Below, one piece after another: positions 61,063 through 64,000 of a stretch of DNA of 64,000 nucleotides. The stretch's first letter is position 1; each line of letters starts with the position of its first letter. The notes beneath the pieces were generated by a model, which had not been told where the DNA came from, searched no databases, and was given only the letters and a program-made list of their open reading frames with translations. The DNA lies in NCBI GenBank assembly GCA_964430735.1, contig CAYSFB010000003.1, positions 66,039 to 130,038 of the forward strand, given 5' to 3'. The stretch is from an uncultured Planctomycetia bacterium. GTDB lineage: Bacteria > Omnitrophota > Gorgyraeia > 2-02-FULL-51-18 > JAGOUK01. A program made the position numbers and the translations under genes.

Positions 61063-61767
61063 ATGAAACGAACCATATATTTCACCATAGCTCTTCTCCT
61101 GTCCGCCCCCTTTGCATTCGCAGCCCCCAAGGAGAAGCTTCCGGTAGCGGTGCTGGACTTCAAGGAATCGGCGACCACGGGCGGGTGGGGCATGCGGGCT
61201 GCCGATCAGCTAGCTTTTTATCTGCAGGGCGGGCTCTTCAATCTGAGCCGCTGGCAGCCGCTTAAGCGTGAGGATCTTGCGGGCAGGCTTGCCACGCAGA
61301 AGAAATACATCGGGATCGACAAGTACGCGGGCCGGAAGGATCTGGCCGATACCGCCAAGGCGATCGGTGTGCGGTACGTGTTTTACGGGTCGTTCGAGGA
61401 CTTCCGCTATGCCCAGCAGATCAGGAAGACCAAAAAGACCGTCGAAGTGGGCACCGGCCAATACGAAACCAAGCGCGCACGCAAATACGGGATCGCGGGC
61501 CCCAAAGAAGATCGCCAGGTCGAGATCATGAAAAGCGCCGAGGTGGACACAGCCGTCATCTATTCGGAGGCCGTTCTCCAGATCGCGATCGGGGTGCTGG
61601 ACGCCGAATCAGGTGAGCCGATCTTTGAGCGCCTGATGGAAAAGACGGGGGAATTTGAGGACAAGGAAGCGCAGGACATGATTGAAGAGCTTCTATCGTC
61701 CATCTGCTCGGACTTCGTATCCGTACTCCGTAAGCGCGCCGGCAAAGACGGCGTCATCGTCGCCTGA
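61063..61767 (+). CDS. secreted protein with CsgG/LpoB-like (TolB-N-like) domain
   Basis: ATG 61063 (track ORF 60970). Signal peptide MKRTIYFTIALLLSAPFAFA. LPVAVLDFKESATTGG is reminiscent of CsgG/LpoB-type periplasmic domains. Confidence 0.45.
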   Translation: MKRTIYFTIALLLSAPFAFAAPKEKLPVAVLDFKESATTGGWGMRAADQLAFYLQGGLFNLSRWQPLKREDLAGRLATQKKYIGIDKYAGRKDLADTAKAIGVRYVFYGSFEDFRYAQQIRKTKKTVEVGTGQYETKRARKYGIAGPKEDRQVEIMKSAEVDTAVIYSEAVLQIAIGVLDAESGEPIFERLMEKTGEFEDKEAQDMIEELLSSICSDFVSVLRKRAGKDGVIVA

Positions 61768-61768
61768 G

Positions 61769-61813
61769 TTGACCCCCTCATTTTTTTCGTTTATCATTTA
61801 ACCATATGGTTAA
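61769..61813 (+). promoter_or_regulatory. arsR promoter TTGACC-17-TATCAT plus perfect 16-bp palindrome TTAACCATATGGTTAA over the start codon
   Basis: Seen in sequence. -35 at 61769-61774, -10 at 61792-61797, palindrome 61798-61813. The ATG at 61806 lies inside the palindrome, implying a near-leaderless mRNA and an autoregulatory operator. Confidence 0.55.
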
Positions 61814-62141
61814 ATCAGAAGCGGAGCTCGATCGAATCTTCCACGCGCTGGCCGATCCCACCCGGCGGGCCATCTTGAGGCGCCTGACCACCTCCGAGCA
61901 GGCGGTGACCGAGGTTGCCAGGCCGTTCCGGATGTCGCTGCCGGCCGTTTCGAAGCATATCAAGGTGCTCGAGGGCGCGCGGCTCGTGAAGCGGACGCGC
62001 AAGGGAAGCTACTCGTACCTCCGGCTGGACGGCGCCGCGATGAAGCATGCCGACCAGTGGCTGGGAGACTACCGGCAATTTTGGGAACAGAGTCTGGACC
62101 GTCTGGAAGACTATCTTAAACAGGAGAATAAAGGACGATGA
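61806..62141 (+). CDS. ArsR/SmtB-family metalloregulator
   Basis: LADPTRRAILRRL...EVARPFRMSLPAVSKHIKVLEGARLV winged HTH. Confidence 0.85.
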   Translation: MVKSEAELDRIFHALADPTRRAILRRLTTSEQAVTEVARPFRMSLPAVSKHIKVLEGARLVKRTRKGSYSYLRLDGAAMKHADQWLGDYRQFWEQSLDRLEDYLKQENKGR

Positions 62142-63058
62142 GCGCAGCGCAGTCAAAGGCGGACGGGTCCGTCGATCGGGAGATCGTGATCACGCGGACG
62201 ATCAACGTGCCCCGCGAACGGGTGTGGGAGGCCATGGCCGACCCGAAGCAGATCGTGCAGTGGTGGGGGCCCATCGGCTTTACGACCACGACGCATGTCC
62301 ACGAATTCCGCGAAGGCGGCCGCTGGGAGCACACGATGCACGGCCCCGACGGCAAGGATTACCCGAACAAAAGCGTCTTCAAAGAGATCGTCAAACCCGA
62401 GCGCGTGGTCTATGCGCACGGCGGCGGTAGGCCGGGCGAGCCCGTCGCGGGCTTCGAGGCCAGCTGGACATTCGAGGCTCTCGGAGACAAGACGCGGCTC
62501 ACGCTGCGCATGGTTTTTCCCAATAAAGAAGCGCGCGACACGGTGGTCAAGGTCTACAAGGCCATCGACGGCGGGCACCAGACGCTGGACCGGCTGGTGG
62601 ATCATCTGGGCGTCAAGCCGCCCTTCGAGCTCGTGCTCGAGCGCGTCATCCAGGCTCCGCGCGAACGCGTGTTCGAGGCGTGGACACAGCCCGAGCAGAT
62701 CAAGCACTGGTTCGCGCCCAAGCCGTACCAGCTCATCGTGAAGCAGATGGACTTCCGCTCCGGCGGCAAGTTCAGCATGGCGATGCGCGCTCCGGACGGC
62801 AGCGAACATGCTTTTAGCGGGATTTATGGCGTGATCGTTCCGCCGGCCCTCCTGTCTTGGGGCGGCGAATTCTCGAGCGGGCCGGACGGACAGATCTCCA
62901 CCATGGTGAGCTTCGAAGAAGAAGACGGTGCGACCCGCATTCGAGTCCGCCAGACCTTCTTCGTCATGACGCCGATGATCCAGCAGGCGACCAAGGGCGC
63001 GCCGCAGGGCTGGGGAATGACGCTCGATCAGCTGGGAGAATTCATCCAAGCAGCGTAA
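62138..63058 (+). CDS. tandem AHSA1/SRPBCC-domain protein (Aha1-like)
   Basis: Two copies of the ...RERVWEAMADPKQIVQWW / RERVFEAWTQPEQIKHWF type SRPBCC signature. ATGA overlap with arsR. Confidence 0.7.
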   Translation: MSAAQSKADGSVDREIVITRTINVPRERVWEAMADPKQIVQWWGPIGFTTTTHVHEFREGGRWEHTMHGPDGKDYPNKSVFKEIVKPERVVYAHGGGRPGEPVAGFEASWTFEALGDKTRLTLRMVFPNKEARDTVVKVYKAIDGGHQTLDRLVDHLGVKPPFELVLERVIQAPRERVFEAWTQPEQIKHWFAPKPYQLIVKQMDFRSGGKFSMAMRAPDGSEHAFSGIYGVIVPPALLSWGGEFSSGPDGQISTMVSFEEEDGATRIRVRQTFFVMTPMIQQATKGAPQGWGMTLDQLGEFIQAA

Positions 63059-63130
63059 CGCGCCGTCGGAGAGTTATAATTCGGCATCCCTAAGGGGAAT
63101 GGGTCGGTACAGAAAATAACCGTCTTAAAA

Positions 63131-63727
63131 ATGAGCAGGGACATGAAAAAAGCTTTTATCATCAATGCGCACGAATATTATCCTTACTCGGAAGGCCGGC
63201 TCAATCATTCTTTGGTCGCGAAGATTGAGGAGCATTTGCGGAAGAAGAGTTACGAGATCAAGACAACGACGATGAAGGACAAATACAACGTCGAGGAAGA
63301 GATCCGGAAACATCAATGGGCGGATGTTGTCATCCTTCAAACGCCGGTCAATTGGATGGGCGTGCCATGGAGCTGCAAAAAGTACATGGACGAGGTTTAT
63401 AGCGCGGGCACGATGGGTACGCTCTGCAACTCAGACGGCCGGCACAAGCAGACTCCTAAAACGGGGTATGGATCGGGCGGTCTTTTGCCCCATACGAAGT
63501 ACATGCTGTCGCTGACGTTCAACGCGCCGCGAGAGGCCTTTGATAATAAGGACGAGTATCTGTTCCGCGGGAAGAGTGTCGACGACCTTTTCTTCCCGAT
63601 GCACATGAACTTCCGCTTTTTCGGCATGCAGCCCCTTGAGACATTCTGCTGCTACGACGTGATGAAAAACCCCGAGATCGAGAAGGACTTCGTTCGTCTC
63701 GAGGGGCATTTGAACCGGTTTTTTTGA
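63131..63727 (+). CDS. mdaB: NADPH:quinone oxidoreductase MdaB (flavodoxin-like fold)
   Basis: [18 protein letters not shown]...YGSGGLL...[10 protein letters not shown] is closely MdaB-like. AT-biased codons. Confidence 0.75.
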   Translation: MSRDMKKAFIINAHEYYPYSEGRLNHSLVAKIEEHLRKKSYEIKTTTMKDKYNVEEEIRKHQWADVVILQTPVNWMGVPWSCKKYMDEVYSAGTMGTLCNSDGRHKQTPKTGYGSGGLLPHTKYMLSLTFNAPREAFDNKDEYLFRGKSVDDLFFPMHMNFRFFGMQPLETFCCYDVMKNPEIEKDFVRLEGHLNRFF

Positions 63728-63742
63728 TCTCAGGAGACGCTC

Positions 63743-64000
63743 ATGAAAATTCTCACCCCTTGTTTGTGGTTTGACGGTCAGGCCGAAGAAGCGGCGAAGT
63801 ACTACGTCTCCATCTTTAAGAATTCGAGCATCGGGAACATCCTCCGGTACGGCAATGAGGGCCGGGAGATTCACGGCGGAAAGCCGGGGTCGGTCCTGAT
63901 GGTGGAATTCAAGATCAGCGGCCAGACGTTTACGGCGCTGAACGGCGGCCCCAACTTCAAATTCACCGAAGCGATCTCGTTCCAGATTCCGTGCAAGTCG
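63743..64000 (+). CDS. VOC / PhnB-like (3-demethylubiquinone-9 3-methyltransferase family) protein, 3'-truncated by window end
   Basis: RBS CAGGAG, ATG 63743. MKILTPCLWFDGQAEEAAKYYVSIF...ALNGGP is the family hallmark. Confidence 0.65.
   Translation, partial: MKILTPCLWFDGQAEEAAKYYVSIFKNSSIGNILRYGNEGREIHGGKPGSVLMVEFKISGQTFTALNGGPNFKFTEAISFQIPCKS

Overview
High-GC (roughly 65%) bacterial chromosomal segment. Almost every real gene is on the + strand, and many have 1-14 nt start/stop overlaps (ATGA, GTGA, TAATG), so this is one long co-directional array. The only convincing minus-strand gene is cinA. The many long minus-strand and alternate-frame ORFs in the track are the usual high-GC artefacts (R/G/A/P-rich, antisense to recognisable genes).

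Content left to right:
- ligA (3' part), a lipoprotein, xerD
- rbfA-truB-ribF-rpsO-pnp, then dut and ftsK
- a RodZ-like HTH protein, rimO, pgsA-pgpA, and cinA convergent on the - strand
- a translationally coupled 4-gene membrane/secreted cassette ending in a MORN-repeat protein and fused to tex
- a secreted clan GH-A glycosidase
- a lexA - 70-aa ORF - recA unit with a Gram-positive-type (GAAC-N4-GTTC) LexA box in the promoter spacer
- a terminator, then an uninterrupted super-operon: alaS-hisDBHAFI-trpEGDCFBA-manC-ruvX-rpe-pmm-lepA-lepB-pgsA paralog-plsY
- an AT-rich gap with an 8-3-8 inverted repeat and a 138-aa hypothetical, then gpsA and tRNA-Pro(GGG)
- hom-thrC-(phosphoglycerate-mutase-like putative alternative homoserine kinase)-lysC-cimA-valS
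- nadC-uvrB-birA

The last ~5.5 kb looks accessory:
- an XRE-HTH plus minimal-nucleotidyltransferase cassette sits between birA and coaX
- coaX has no canonical start codon and its last ~200 nt switch abruptly to low-GC DNA
- that low-GC segment continues into a standalone NYN-domain nuclease gene
- next come a secreted CsgG/LpoB-like protein, an arsR (perfect 16-bp palindromic operator) with an AHSA1/SRPBCC gene, mdaB, and a VOC/PhnB-like gene cut by the window end

No CRISPR array, rRNA, integrase or transposase was seen. Every functional call below rests on my reading of the translated ORFs plus family knowledge; no database search was run.
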